NCBI GenBank assembly: GCA_963752595.1
Contig: CAVVYZ010000005.1
Coordinates: forward strand, 96,001 to 160,000
Length of the DNA stretch: 64,000 nt
Source of the DNA: an uncultured delta proteobacterium
GTDB lineage: Bacteria; Desulfobacterota; Desulfomonilia; UBA1062
Reading direction: 5' to 3'
This document shows, one piece after another, positions 40,810-50,335 of the stretch. Each line of letters starts with the position of its first letter. Within the stretch, counting starts at the first letter, position 1. The position numbers were made by a program, and so were the translations under genes. The notes under the pieces were generated by a model that searched no databases, was not told where the DNA came from, and saw nothing but the letters and a program-made list of their open reading frames with translations.

Positions 40810-41817
40810 ATGGAGGATGCCATGGCCAAGCAAGATCTGTATCGTGAACTTTCGGAAAAATTATTAATGGAACATTCTACGGTACTGCCCAGGATCTGGA
40901 GCACGGTCTGCTCCGAGAATGAGGCGGAAATTGTCAATGCCCTGCCCGCTACCGCCGACGAACTGGCGGGAAAGTTCGGCTGCACAACCGATGAGATGCT
41001 CTCGATCCTGCAGGAGCTCTTCCACAGAGGTGCAGTTTTTGAGGCAATCAAAGGCGGCGTAACCACCTACCGGATGCCCCGGCACATGGTCCAGTTTCAC
41101 GATTCGACCATCCTGTGGGAAGAAGCACCGCAGGAGCTTATGGACCTCTGGGTCGAGTTCGACGAAACCGAATATCCCGGCCTGCTCGAGCTCGTCACCC
41201 AGATCAAGCTGCCGTCGTTCATGCGGGTGATCCCCGTCGGGGAGACCATTGCCACAAAGAACCAGGTCCTTGCCTACGAGGATGCTCTGAAAATGTTGGA
41301 GTCGGCGAACGCCCTAGCAGTCACCACCTGCGTCTGCCGCAAACTCATGAAAAAGTGCGACAAGCCGCTGGACGTATGCCTCCAGCTCAACCGCGGGGCG
41401 GAATACACCATCAAACGGGGAACGGGCAGAAAGATCGATCTCGATGAAGCAAAGCAGATCCTGAAGCGCTCGCAGGAGGCAGGCCTCGTCCATCTTACGG
41501 AGAATACCCCGGGGAGGTCGAACGTTCTCTGCAACTGCTGCAGCTGCTGCTGCGAGATGCTCCGGTTCGCCCACGACACGAAAACCAAGGGCGTGCTCGC
41601 CCCGAGCCGCTACCAGGCCCGACTCGGCAGTGATGCCTGCACCGGCTGCAGCCTCTGCGAGGACATCTGCCCATTGAATGCGATTTCTCTGGGATCGGAA
41701 GGCGTTGCGGAGATAAAAGCCGATTCCTGCATCGGCTGCGGCCTCTGCGCAACCGTATGCCCGGGCAATGCGATCAGCCTTGTCGAGATAAGACCCACAG
41801 ACTTTATCCCTGCGTAG
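40810..41817 (+). CDS. Fe-S protein with C-terminal 2x[4Fe-4S] ferredoxin domain
   Basis: CVCR, CNCCSCCC and two CxxCxxCxxxCP motifs. Confidence 0.9.
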   Translation: MEDAMAKQDLYRELSEKLLMEHSTVLPRIWSTVCSENEAEIVNALPATADELAGKFGCTTDEMLSILQELFHRGAVFEAIKGGVTTYRMPRHMVQFHDSTILWEEAPQELMDLWVEFDETEYPGLLELVTQIKLPSFMRVIPVGETIATKNQVLAYEDALKMLESANALAVTTCVCRKLMKKCDKPLDVCLQLNRGAEYTIKRGTGRKIDLDEAKQILKRSQEAGLVHLTENTPGRSNVLCNCCSCCCEMLRFAHDTKTKGVLAPSRYQARLGSDACTGCSLCEDICPLNAISLGSEGVAEIKADSCIGCGLCATVCPGNAISLVEIRPTDFIPA

Positions 41818-41864
41818 ATCGATAATACCCTTGGAAACGGGTAAAGCAATCCTGAGGAGAAGGG

Positions 41865-42042
41865 GAGCCAGGGGTTCCATGCTGACACGGCGTCGTTTTT
41901 TGATGCATCCAATCGGTTCGCTCAAAAGGCTGCCCCCGGAAACTCGCTCCGCTCAAACATCCGGGGTCAAGATGCCTTTTGCCCTTCACCGGGATGCATG
42001 AGCAAAAAAAGCCTGAATGTGTCCACATGGAACCCCTGGCTC
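41865..42042. repeat. 178-nt long imperfect hairpin (REP/MITE-like element)
   Basis: Perfect 17-bp TIR GAGCCAGGGGTTCCATG / CATGGAACCCCTGGCTC, with nested stems GACAC/GTGTC, ATGCATCC/GGATGCAT, AAAAGGC/GCCTTTT and CCCCGGA/TCCGGGG. Confidence 0.8.
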
Positions 42043-42195
42043 GCCTTTGAGCCTTTCTGGGACGGCACGAATGTACTTGTGATGGATGCCAACGCTCTCC
42101 CGTGTCACTCCCGAATCACTTCATCCGTTCTGCCCTGCAACCTTTCGTCAGCATCATTCCCTTATACGAGTACTTCTCGGAAGTGATTCTATATT

Positions 42196-42747
42196 TTAGT
42201 GAGCTGCTGCAGGTTTTGTTGCTCCGTGCTCAAGGACGATCTCGTGGAGGTCTTCCAGGGAGGCTTCCATGGTTGAGGTGTTGAGCACGTATGCGTCTGC
42301 AAGGGCAATGGGGATGGCGGCTCCGTAGTAGATTTCGCGCCGGTCTCTCTCTTCGAACCCTTCGGGAGAATCATCCGGCCTGCCCCGGGATATGATGCGC
42401 TGCCTCCGGGTGGGCCGCGGTGCAAGGAAGGCGACGACCACCGCTTCGGCCTGTTCCCGAATCAGCTCGATCTCCTGCCAGGAACGCATACCTTCGAGAA
42501 AAACGATTGCACTCTTTTCTGCAAGTGCGGTCTTCAAGGCCACCCTGGTCACGCCCATGCCGTCGGCACCCCTGAGCTCGTCGGAGACTGCCGCCATGAT
42601 ATCCGGCCCGGGTGCCAATCCGCGGGATTTCACCTCGGCCCTCACGATATCGCCCGTTGCATAATAGGAGTATCCTTCGGTCAGCGCGTATTCCTTGGCG
42701 ATGCTCTTTCCCGAGGCAGGCATTCCCACAATGATAAAAATCTTCAT
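42196..42747 (-). CDS. P-loop kinase (dephospho-CoA kinase-like/UPF0200)
   Basis: GMPASGKS, TGDIVR, EGMRS and RGRPDD motifs. Confidence 0.78.
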   Translation of the reverse strand: MKIFIIVGMPASGKSIAKEYALTEGYSYYATGDIVRAEVKSRGLAPGPDIMAAVSDELRGADGMGVTRVALKTALAEKSAIVFLEGMRSWQEIELIREQAEAVVVAFLAPRPTRRQRIISRGRPDDSPEGFEERDRREIYYGAAIPIALADAYVLNTSTMEASLEDLHEIVLEHGATKPAAAH

Positions 42748-42766
42748 ATAAGAACCTCCCTGGATA

Positions 42767-43936
42767 TCAGGCTTTATGGAGCCACTCGTTCATGGCCTTC
42801 AGGATCTGCGGCCAGTGGCCCGATACTCGGTCCGAGAGAAAGGCGGCGAAGAGGCTTTCGAAAAGCTGAAGTCCCGTTTCCATGAGAGACATCCGCTCGT
42901 AGAAAACCGCGTCTCTCTCCATAGTAGGATCCGTCATCTCGTCCTTTTCGATCTTTACGGGCGGGCAGGTAAAGGAGCCGAAGGCAAAGACATCTCCCTT
43001 AAGGCTTATCTTCCATTTGAGCATATCCTTTTCGAAATACAGGAGGGCTTCGGTGATATTCTTTCCGCTCTGGATCGATTTGCGCGCCTCGGAGAAATCC
43101 TTCTGGGGGCCGCTGATTGAATTCTTCCGGTTGCCGTCTTCATGCTCTTCGGTCAGAACGAACCGGTCGTAGAGATAAGCGATGAACAGATCACCCGGTT
43201 CGGCAGGTCCGACTTCCGTCACCACCTTGTATTCCGAGCTTCCTTCTGCGCTCCTGTACATGAGCCACAGGAAAAAATCCCAGCCGAGCCATCTGTTCTT
43301 TTTGATCTGCAAAAGCACATCCCGCGAGGATGCCTGATTCAGCCTGTCGAGAGACTGCCGGTGCTCTTCGGAAAGGACCCTCTCTGCCCGGCGAATGGGA
43401 TGGATGGGAACAAGCGTCATCCCCTCGAAGGTCTTTTTGAACTGATCCTCGACGAAATCCAGGGCCTTGGTACTGATGCTCGCGATCGAGACGATGTTCG
43501 TTTTCGTGTTCCACAGAACGTCGCAGACAGACGGGTCGGGCAGCGATTTTGCGAGAAGGGCTGCATGGATGTTTTCCCTGATCTCCCGCTTCCTCTGAAA
43601 CGGCACCCTTGAGAGCTTTGGCCGTTCCTTGAGCCACTCGCCGCATTCCTTTTCCACGAGGTTCTTGAGCAGTGCGGCAGGCACTTTGCGCACATCTTTC
43701 CGCAACGCGAAGATATAATAGTCCTCAAAAGAGAACGAGGCGAGGGAGACGAAATCCGAACTCATATGTTCATCGAAGCGCACCCAGCCTGTGGACTCGG
43801 GGTCAGAGGTAGTGTCGATGGGTTCGAACCGGCTCTTTTCAAGACACTGCCGGACCCACAGTCTTTTATCGTTGCCCGGTATTTCGCCTATGACCTCGTA
43901 CTGGTAGATGCTTACGGTGTTTGACATTATGCCCAT
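42767..43936 (-). CDS. rdgC: Recombination-associated protein RdgC-like
   Basis: STGWV, FALRKDVRKVPA, FKKTF and LGWDFFLWL motifs. Confidence 0.72.
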   Translation of the reverse strand: MGIMSNTVSIYQYEVIGEIPGNDKRLWVRQCLEKSRFEPIDTTSDPESTGWVRFDEHMSSDFVSLASFSFEDYYIFALRKDVRKVPAALLKNLVEKECGEWLKERPKLSRVPFQRKREIRENIHAALLAKSLPDPSVCDVLWNTKTNIVSIASISTKALDFVEDQFKKTFEGMTLVPIHPIRRAERVLSEEHRQSLDRLNQASSRDVLLQIKKNRWLGWDFFLWLMYRSAEGSSEYKVVTEVGPAEPGDLFIAYLYDRFVLTEEHEDGNRKNSISGPQKDFSEARKSIQSGKNITEALLYFEKDMLKWKISLKGDVFAFGSFTCPPVKIEKDEMTDPTMERDAVFYERMSLMETGLQLFESLFAAFLSDRVSGHWPQILKAMNEWLHKA

Positions 43937-44065
43937 GGAGCCCCTCCAAAGATTGTTTCAAGACAGGGGAGGGAATACACCATTGTCACCCTGGAGGGCA
44001 ACGGTAAAATCCTTACAAAATACGGTCAGGAGGAAAACGAGCCGGGGTGGCCGTGCGGGCACTGC

Positions 44066-44914
44066 TTAAGAACCGGTATTTCTCTTTACCGTGTCTGTCA
44101 CCCAGGGTGCTTCCGGCTTTATATGTCCGGGGAGCGGGGGTGGTTCGTTTATTTTGGCTTTTGAATCGATCACGATGCTGATGCGCCGGTTCTTCGGATC
44201 TCCGGGGATCTCTCGGACGAGGGGCCTGGTATCCGCGAAGCCGGCAACCATCTCGACCTGCTGAGGCCTTACTCCGTTTTTCTCGAGCTCGATCCGCGCT
44301 GCAGATGCACGCTGCGTGGAAAGCTCCCAGTTGGTGAAGACATTGCTCTTGTATCCAAGAGAATCCGTATGCCCTTCGATAATGATCTTGTTCGGGACAG
44401 AGGTAAAGACCGGGGCTATTTCCTGTATGAGGGCCTTCCCGCTCTCGCTGAGCTCTGTGCTGCCCACTTTGAAGATCGACGATCCGGCTGTATCGGTGAG
44501 TTCTATCCTCAGGTTCCCGCTGTCTTCGAAGACAAAAACCCTGTCATTGAATTCCTTCGTCTTCGACTGGACCTGCTCCTTGATCTTTTTTGCGATATCG
44601 CTGGTCACAAAGGTTCTTTGAGCGATCGCAGGGGTGATGCTGTTGGAATCGAGTACGCCGTCTCCGGCAACATCCGCGTACCGCCCTACGGCTGTGCCGC
44701 CTCCCTTTTCAAAGATCGAGTGATTCTGAAAGTATTGAGAGAGTGCGACCTTTTTCTGTGCAGAAGTCATGTTCAGGAGCCAAAGGAGAAGAAAGACGGC
44801 CATCATGGAGGTGATGAAATCTGCATAGGCGACCTTCCATGATCCGCCGTGACCCTCGCCACCACCTTTTTTATTCTTCTTGATAATGATTGTCTGGTCC
44901 GTTCTGTCGGACAT
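44066..44914 (-). CDS. motB: Flagellar stator protein MotB
   Basis: GGSWKVAYADFITSMMA; OmpA-like GHTD, NWELSTQRA and NRRI motifs. Confidence 0.93.
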   Translation of the reverse strand: MSDRTDQTIIIKKNKKGGGEGHGGSWKVAYADFITSMMAVFLLLWLLNMTSAQKKVALSQYFQNHSIFEKGGGTAVGRYADVAGDGVLDSNSITPAIAQRTFVTSDIAKKIKEQVQSKTKEFNDRVFVFEDSGNLRIELTDTAGSSIFKVGSTELSESGKALIQEIAPVFTSVPNKIIIEGHTDSLGYKSNVFTNWELSTQRASAARIELEKNGVRPQQVEMVAGFADTRPLVREIPGDPKNRRISIVIDSKAKINEPPPLPGHIKPEAPWVTDTVKRNTGS

Positions 44915-44916
44915 AG

Positions 44917-45771
44917 CTACTTCTTACCCTTTATGATCTTTTCAAGCTCATTGAAGCCCGGACGCTCACTCTCGGGTATGGCCCTCCGTGCAAATTCGAT
45001 GGCGATCTGGGGGACGGAGCGCGCCACAAATGAGACGAGCGCAATACGGATAACGTGGTAGTACTCCTCTTCCTCCTTGATCTGGTGCTCAAGGAGGGTT
45101 GCGAGGGGTCCTACGAAACCATAACACAGGAGCACGCCCAAGAAGGTACCCACAAGGGCTGCACCGATACTTTCCCCGAGGACCTCCGGCGGCTCGTTGA
45201 TCTTGCCCATGGTGAGGACCACGCCGAGAACCGCGGCAACGATTCCAAGTCCGGGCAGTGCATCTGCGGTCTTTGCGATGCGGTGAAAAGGAATGCTCTG
45301 CTCTTCGGTATTTGCCGCAATGTCCACTTCCAGGAGATTGTCGAACTCATATGGTGTGATTTCAATGGAGAGCAGCGTTTTGATGCTGTCGCAGATGAAA
45401 TCGAGCGTGCGCTTGTTCTTCAGGATCGCGGGATAACGCTTGAAGATCTCGCTTTTCATGGGATCTTCCACATGGGCCTCGACAGCGATGATACCCTCTT
45501 TGCGCATCTTGTTGAAGATCTCATAGAGCAGCGTGAGTACTTCGATGTATTTCTTGGAATCGTAATGACTATGAGAAACGACGTTTTTCAGACTTACGAT
45601 GAGGGCCTTCAGTACCTTTACTGGCGAAGAAATGATCAGAGCCCCGGTAGCAGCCCCTCCGATGATAAGCAGTTCAACGGGCTGGAAGAGCAGTGAGAGA
45701 TTCCCGTGCTCCAACACATACCCGCCGAAGACTGCAAAAAATACTAAAGTTGCGCCGATAATTGCGTTCAT
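44917..45771 (-). CDS. motA: Flagellar stator protein MotA
   Basis: ELLIIGGA, ADALPGLGIVAAVLGVV, GAALVGTFLG and AIEFARR motifs. Confidence 0.94.
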   Translation of the reverse strand: MNAIIGATLVFFAVFGGYVLEHGNLSLLFQPVELLIIGGAATGALIISSPVKVLKALIVSLKNVVSHSHYDSKKYIEVLTLLYEIFNKMRKEGIIAVEAHVEDPMKSEIFKRYPAILKNKRTLDFICDSIKTLLSIEITPYEFDNLLEVDIAANTEEQSIPFHRIAKTADALPGLGIVAAVLGVVLTMGKINEPPEVLGESIGAALVGTFLGVLLCYGFVGPLATLLEHQIKEEEEYYHVIRIALVSFVARSVPQIAIEFARRAIPESERPGFNELEKIIKGKK

Positions 45772-45924
45772 TCTGCTTAACTATCGGCTGTTTGTAAAAA
45801 AAAATATACGCTTTGTAGTTTCAGGATCCTTCCTACAGTGACAAGAAAGGCATGGTACTGAGCAGGAACGGACTTCGCATAAATGCAGGAGCTCCTGTCC
45901 ATCTGCATTCAAACAAAGAAACAG

Positions 45925-45962
45925 AAAAACCGGCCTGGGCACCTTGCGAGGTGCAGGCCGGT
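45925..45962 (-). terminator. Intrinsic terminator
   Basis: ACCGGCCTG..CACC/GGTG CAGGCCGGT stem with a minus-strand U-tract. Confidence 0.7.
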
Positions 45963-45974
45963 AGGGATTAAAGA

Positions 45975-46649
45975 TTATTGCTGCTGGGTTAGGGGTGCGA
46001 GCTCGAGCTCTACCCTGCGGTTCTGCTGGCGGCCTTCAGGCGTGTCGTTGCTGCCTTTGGGCCTGGTCTTGCCGAAGCCCAGGGTCATCACCCTGTCGGG
46101 GAGGATCTGGTGGGATATCAGATACTGGCCGACGCTTCTTGCCCGCCGCTCGGAGAGGCCCTGATTGTACTGGTCGTTGCCGACGCTGTCCGTATGGCCG
46201 TACACATTGATGAGCGTCTTATTGTATTCATTGAGCACGAGCACTACCGAGTTGAGCACATCATAGAAATTTCCTGCGATATCCGAGCTGTCTGTCCGGA
46301 AGGTGATGTTGCCCGGCATATTGAGGACGATGCGGTCGCCCTGACGGCTCACGCTCACGCCGGTACCCTGGAGCTTCTGGCGGAGCTTGGCCTCCTGCTG
46401 ATCCATGTAGTAGCCCACACCGGCTCCTGAAAGACCGCCTACCCCTGCTCCGATGAGCGCCCGTTTCCGGCGGGATTCGCTGTCATGGCCGGTAGCCGCA
46501 CCGACCGCTGCACCGCCGGCAGCGCCTATTATGCTGCCCCATGCCGTTTTGCTCATCTTTCGATCACCTGTGTACGGGTCTGTTGCGCACCCTCCCACAA
46601 GAAACGTGATCACGAGTAATACAAAAATCCAATAGAAAGTACTCCTCAT
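45975..46649 (-). CDS. OmpA-family lipoprotein (YiaD-like)
   Basis: Lipobox VGGC, glycine zipper, YMDQQEAKLR, GHTDS and NRRVE motifs. Confidence 0.92.
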   Translation of the reverse strand: MRSTFYWIFVLLVITFLVGGCATDPYTGDRKMSKTAWGSIIGAAGGAAVGAATGHDSESRRKRALIGAGVGGLSGAGVGYYMDQQEAKLRQKLQGTGVSVSRQGDRIVLNMPGNITFRTDSSDIAGNFYDVLNSVVLVLNEYNKTLINVYGHTDSVGNDQYNQGLSERRARSVGQYLISHQILPDRVMTLGFGKTRPKGSNDTPEGRQQNRRVELELAPLTQQQ

Positions 46650-46821
46650 ATTTTTATCTCCTTTCTTTACCATGGGATAGAACCAAAAGTGTGGACGATA
46701 AACCTGCTGCACGTCCGGCCTTTCAGATTTATCATATTCGCACCGGCAGCCAGGTTTCAATAGCTTTTTAAATGTATTGAAACCATTATAGTATATCTCC
46801 TGTCTGAAATATCCTCGCTTA

Positions 46822-47802
46822 TTAATGGAACAGCAGGTAGGTAATTGCAGCGACTGTGCCTGAACAGGGAATCGTTATGATCCAGGCCCAGACAATGCGG
46901 CCTGCAACACCCCACCTGACGGCACTCAAGCGTCTCAGAGAGCCCACACCCATAATGGCCCCTGTTATGGTGTGAGTCGTGCTTACCGGAACCCCCAAGG
47001 CGGTGGTTACAAAGAGCGATATCGCCGCACCGCTCTCGGCACAGAAACCGTCCACGGGCCTCAGCTTTGCAATCCGCTGGCCCATGGTTTTCACGATGCG
47101 CCAGCCGCCGAACATGGTGCCCAGAGCGATCGCTCCCTGGCATGATATGACCACCCAGAACGGAATGTAGAAGGTGTCGCCAAGGAGGCCCGCGCTGAAG
47201 AGAAGGCCTGCGATGATGCCCATAGTCTTCTGGGCGTCGTTTCCACCGTGGCCGAGACTGAACAGGGCAGCCGACACGAGCTGCCCCTTCCGGAAAACAT
47301 GATCTACATGAAGGGGGGTAGCTCTTTTGAAGAACCGATAAACGACCGCCCCGATAAGGAGACCGAGTATCAGGCCCACCAGAGGAGAGATGAAGATAAA
47401 GGCAACGACCTTGAAGATGCCTGTCAGAACAAGCACATCCGGCCCCGCCTTCATGAGGGCCGAGCCGACAAGACCGCCGATGAGCGCGTGGGACGAGCTC
47501 GTAGGCAGCCCGACATACCATGCGGCAATGTCCCAGAGGCAGGCGCCCACCAGGGTCGCAAGGATAATGTAGGGATCGATTATATTCACGTCCACGATGC
47601 CCTTCCCGATGGTGTTGGCAACATGCAGACCAAGGAAGAGAAATGCGATGAAATTGAAGAAAGCCGCCCAGATCACGGCCCTCCGGGGGGTGAGCACGCG
47701 GGTGGAAACTACGGTGGCGATGGAGTTGGCAGAGTCGTTGAACCCGTTCAGGAAGTCGAATACCAGGGCAAGGAGAATGAGGAAGATGATGAAGGGCGTC
47801 AT
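46822..47802 (-). CDS. pit: PiT-family inorganic phosphate transporter
   Basis: NGFNDSAN, PTSSSH, HGGNDAQK and PVSTTH motifs. Confidence 0.94.
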   Translation of the reverse strand: MTPFIIFLILLALVFDFLNGFNDSANSIATVVSTRVLTPRRAVIWAAFFNFIAFLFLGLHVANTIGKGIVDVNIIDPYIILATLVGACLWDIAAWYVGLPTSSSHALIGGLVGSALMKAGPDVLVLTGIFKVVAFIFISPLVGLILGLLIGAVVYRFFKRATPLHVDHVFRKGQLVSAALFSLGHGGNDAQKTMGIIAGLLFSAGLLGDTFYIPFWVVISCQGAIALGTMFGGWRIVKTMGQRIAKLRPVDGFCAESGAAISLFVTTALGVPVSTTHTITGAIMGVGSLRRLSAVRWGVAGRIVWAWIITIPCSGTVAAITYLLFH

Positions 47803-47810
47803 CGCTTCGC

Positions 47811-48437
47811 TTATGCTTGCTTCACAATAATCGACTCTACCACATGGGCCACGTCTTCACAGATATCCAGCACGGTCTCTGCAAACTGAAAGATCTCCTT
47901 CCATTTGATCAGGTAAACCGGGTCCGTAGCCGTTTCGAATAGTTTGGCAAGGATGGCGTCGCGCATGTTGTCGCCGATATTTTCCAGCCTGTTCACCTCG
48001 ATGCATGAATCAAGCGCGGTCTGGGGCCTTTTCGTATCTTTCAGGCTCTCGATGGCAACGGTCAGAGCTCGGACGGATTTTTCAATGACATTGGCAAACT
48101 CCACCAAGTCATGATTGATTTCCTTGATCCGGTAGACCCGCATGCGGTTCGTGATGGTGTAGATCATGTCGATGACGCTGTCGAGCTCTTTGGTGAGTGT
48201 AAAGATATCTTCGCGGTCAAAGGGAGTGATGAAGGTCTTATTCAGGCGTTCGATAATCTCGTGGGTTACCTCGTCGGCCTGATGCTCGAGACTGCGCATT
48301 TTTCGTACGGTCTCCTCATCATAGGTCCCATTCGATGTAATCTCCACGAAGAAGACAGCTGCACTGACAGCCAGCTCTGCCTGCTTGCTGAATAAAACAA
48401 AGAAGTTTGATTCTTTGGGTAGAAAGCTGAACCCCAT
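47811..48437 (-). CDS. DUF47/PhoU-like Pit accessory protein
   Basis: EHQAD...TFITPFDREDI and LE..GD motifs; AAGGAGG RBS. Confidence 0.9.
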   Translation of the reverse strand: MGFSFLPKESNFFVLFSKQAELAVSAAVFFVEITSNGTYDEETVRKMRSLEHQADEVTHEIIERLNKTFITPFDREDIFTLTKELDSVIDMIYTITNRMRVYRIKEINHDLVEFANVIEKSVRALTVAIESLKDTKRPQTALDSCIEVNRLENIGDNMRDAILAKLFETATDPVYLIKWKEIFQFAETVLDICEDVAHVVESIIVKQA

Positions 48438-48828
48438 TCGTTCCTCCTTAAGGCTCGCGTTTCGTTTTGAATCGGATATGTCGAGCCCTTCATAGTAGGA
48501 TTCCGGCGTTCCGTCAAGGATCGTCACCGGGAGATTTCATCAGGATATGAGAGATAACGGGAGTAATGGGTTATCATTTTTTATCAGCCGCCTCCCCTGA
48601 GGCTCCGGTATGTCCAATGGCCTGAGGCACCCTTTCTTCCGCATCCCAAGCATATAGAGGGGATTACCCATAAAAAATGTTATCCATTATCAGGCTCAAT
48701 CACCAGTTATATAAAATCCCAGAAAAGCTGTGACCTGCTGCATATTTCTCAATAAATCCTTATTAATCAAAGGGATCTTTTCCTGCTTGGAATAGCCACT
48801 CGCCCGATCCACGCCCGGACTGGGACCG

Positions 48829-49038
48829 GTGGATGGGGTGGCCCCCGGGCCAATCTGGACACCGCTCATTCCTTCATCCTTTGATGAAGAAAAGGTTTCG
48901 ACGTTCGGGCTCAATACCCCATGGGGCGCGCCGGCCAGCCTATTGACGTCGCTCCATGTATTCCTCGCTTCGGACGATGCCGCCTTCATAACCGGGCATG
49001 TGCTCCACCCGAACGGTGGAAGGGTCGTAAACGGATAG
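48829..49038 (+). pseudogene. C-terminal fragment of an SDR oxidoreductase (general stress type)
   Basis: VAPGPIWTPL...VFLASDDA.FITG.VLHPNGG, with no N-terminal Rossmann motif. Confidence 0.75.
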
Positions 49039-49098
49039 CCGGCAGTTATTCTCTATATACATCAGGATGAAAGGACTGTTTAGAGAAGGAGTATCACA

Positions 49099-49524
49099 AT
49101 GACCAGTACCGGAATCGATGGATTGGAAAGTACCATCCATAAGACAAATGAATGGCTGAATGACATAATGGAAGAAGAAGGGTGGACGGATAAAAATAAG
49201 GCATATCTGGCCTTGCGTTCCACCCTGCATGCCTTACGGGACCGCCTTGTGGTTAATGAAGCCATTGACCTCGGGGCCCAGCTTCCCTGCTTATTCGAGG
49301 CATATACTACGAAGGATACACGACATCGGGCAAGCCGGACAGATCACAAAAAAAGGGTGATTTTTTCTCTCTCATCAGGAGGGATCTCGAAAGGGCTCCT
49401 CATATCGATGCAGAAGAGGCAGCCCGCGGTGTATTTTCCGTTCTCCGCAAAAAGGTATCCAAAGGAGAAATCAACGATATCCAGAGCATGCTGCCCGAGG
49501 AAGTCCAAGAGCTCTGGCACTAAT
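49099..49524 (+). CDS. DUF2267 family protein, frameshifted
   Basis: KTNEWL...AYLALRSTLHALRDRL...LGAQLP; continues in another frame to ...LPEEVQELWH. Confidence 0.78.
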
Positions 49525-49665
49525 CCTTCTTCCATGCGCCGACTGATAGGCGAAAGCAGCCAGCAGAGATAAATAAATGTACCTTTACAGGAGAATAATT
49601 ATGGCGGGAAAAACAAAATCATCAAGGAGAAGAAAGCTGCTTTTATCCTGCCCGCGGTGAACCTG

Positions 49666-50322
49666 TTACTGCAGCTTGATCTTGTTTATGTTGATGCCCT
49701 TGCCGAGCACCACCAGGATGTCGCTGTCTTTGATGATGAATTCGCCCTTGGGGATGACGGAGAATCTCTCGGGAATGAGCTCTTTGACTGCAATGACCTG
49801 GATATTGAAGCGCTGGGGGAGCGCCAGCTCGGCCAGGGACTTCCCGATGAAGCTGCTTGGAGGGGCGATTTCGGCGATCTGATAATCCTCGGACATCTCG
49901 ATAAAATCCAGGATATTCGGCATGACCAGGCTTTTGGCGGTTTTTATCCCCATATCCTTTTCAGGAAAGATGATATCCGTGGCGCCCACCTTCCTCAGGA
50001 TCTTCCCGTGATCTTCATCAACCGCCTTCACGAGTATCTTGGTTGCGCCCATTTCCTGCAGATACAGGGTGATGAGCGTGGATGCACTCGTGTTGTCTCC
50101 GAGACTTATCACCACGGCATGAACCTCTCCAAGCCCGAGACTTATGAGCGTTTCTTTTTTGGTGGCATCCGCGAGTACGGGATTATTGGTAAAGTCCCTG
50201 ATCTTCTGGACCCTTTCCTTGTCCATATCGATTGCTATGGTTTCCTGCCTCAGTTCATAGAGTGACTTCACCACCCATGTGCCGAAGTTCCCCAATCCGA
50301 TTACTGCGTATTTCCTTGCCAT
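49666..50322 (-). CDS. TrkA/KtrA potassium uptake NAD-binding subunit
   Basis: VIGLGNFG and PEKDMG motifs; RCK domains. Confidence 0.93.
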   Translation of the reverse strand: MARKYAVIGLGNFGTWVVKSLYELRQETIAIDMDKERVQKIRDFTNNPVLADATKKETLISLGLGEVHAVVISLGDNTSASTLITLYLQEMGATKILVKAVDEDHGKILRKVGATDIIFPEKDMGIKTAKSLVMPNILDFIEMSEDYQIAEIAPPSSFIGKSLAELALPQRFNIQVIAVKELIPERFSVIPKGEFIIKDSDILVVLGKGININKIKLQ

Positions 50323-50335
50323 CTCCCCTCCAGTC

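Noticed and set aside
44066-45771. Zorya (ZorA/ZorB) defence system
   Set aside because: MotA is normal length without the long ZorA tail, the motifs are flagellar-type, and there is no zorC/D/E.
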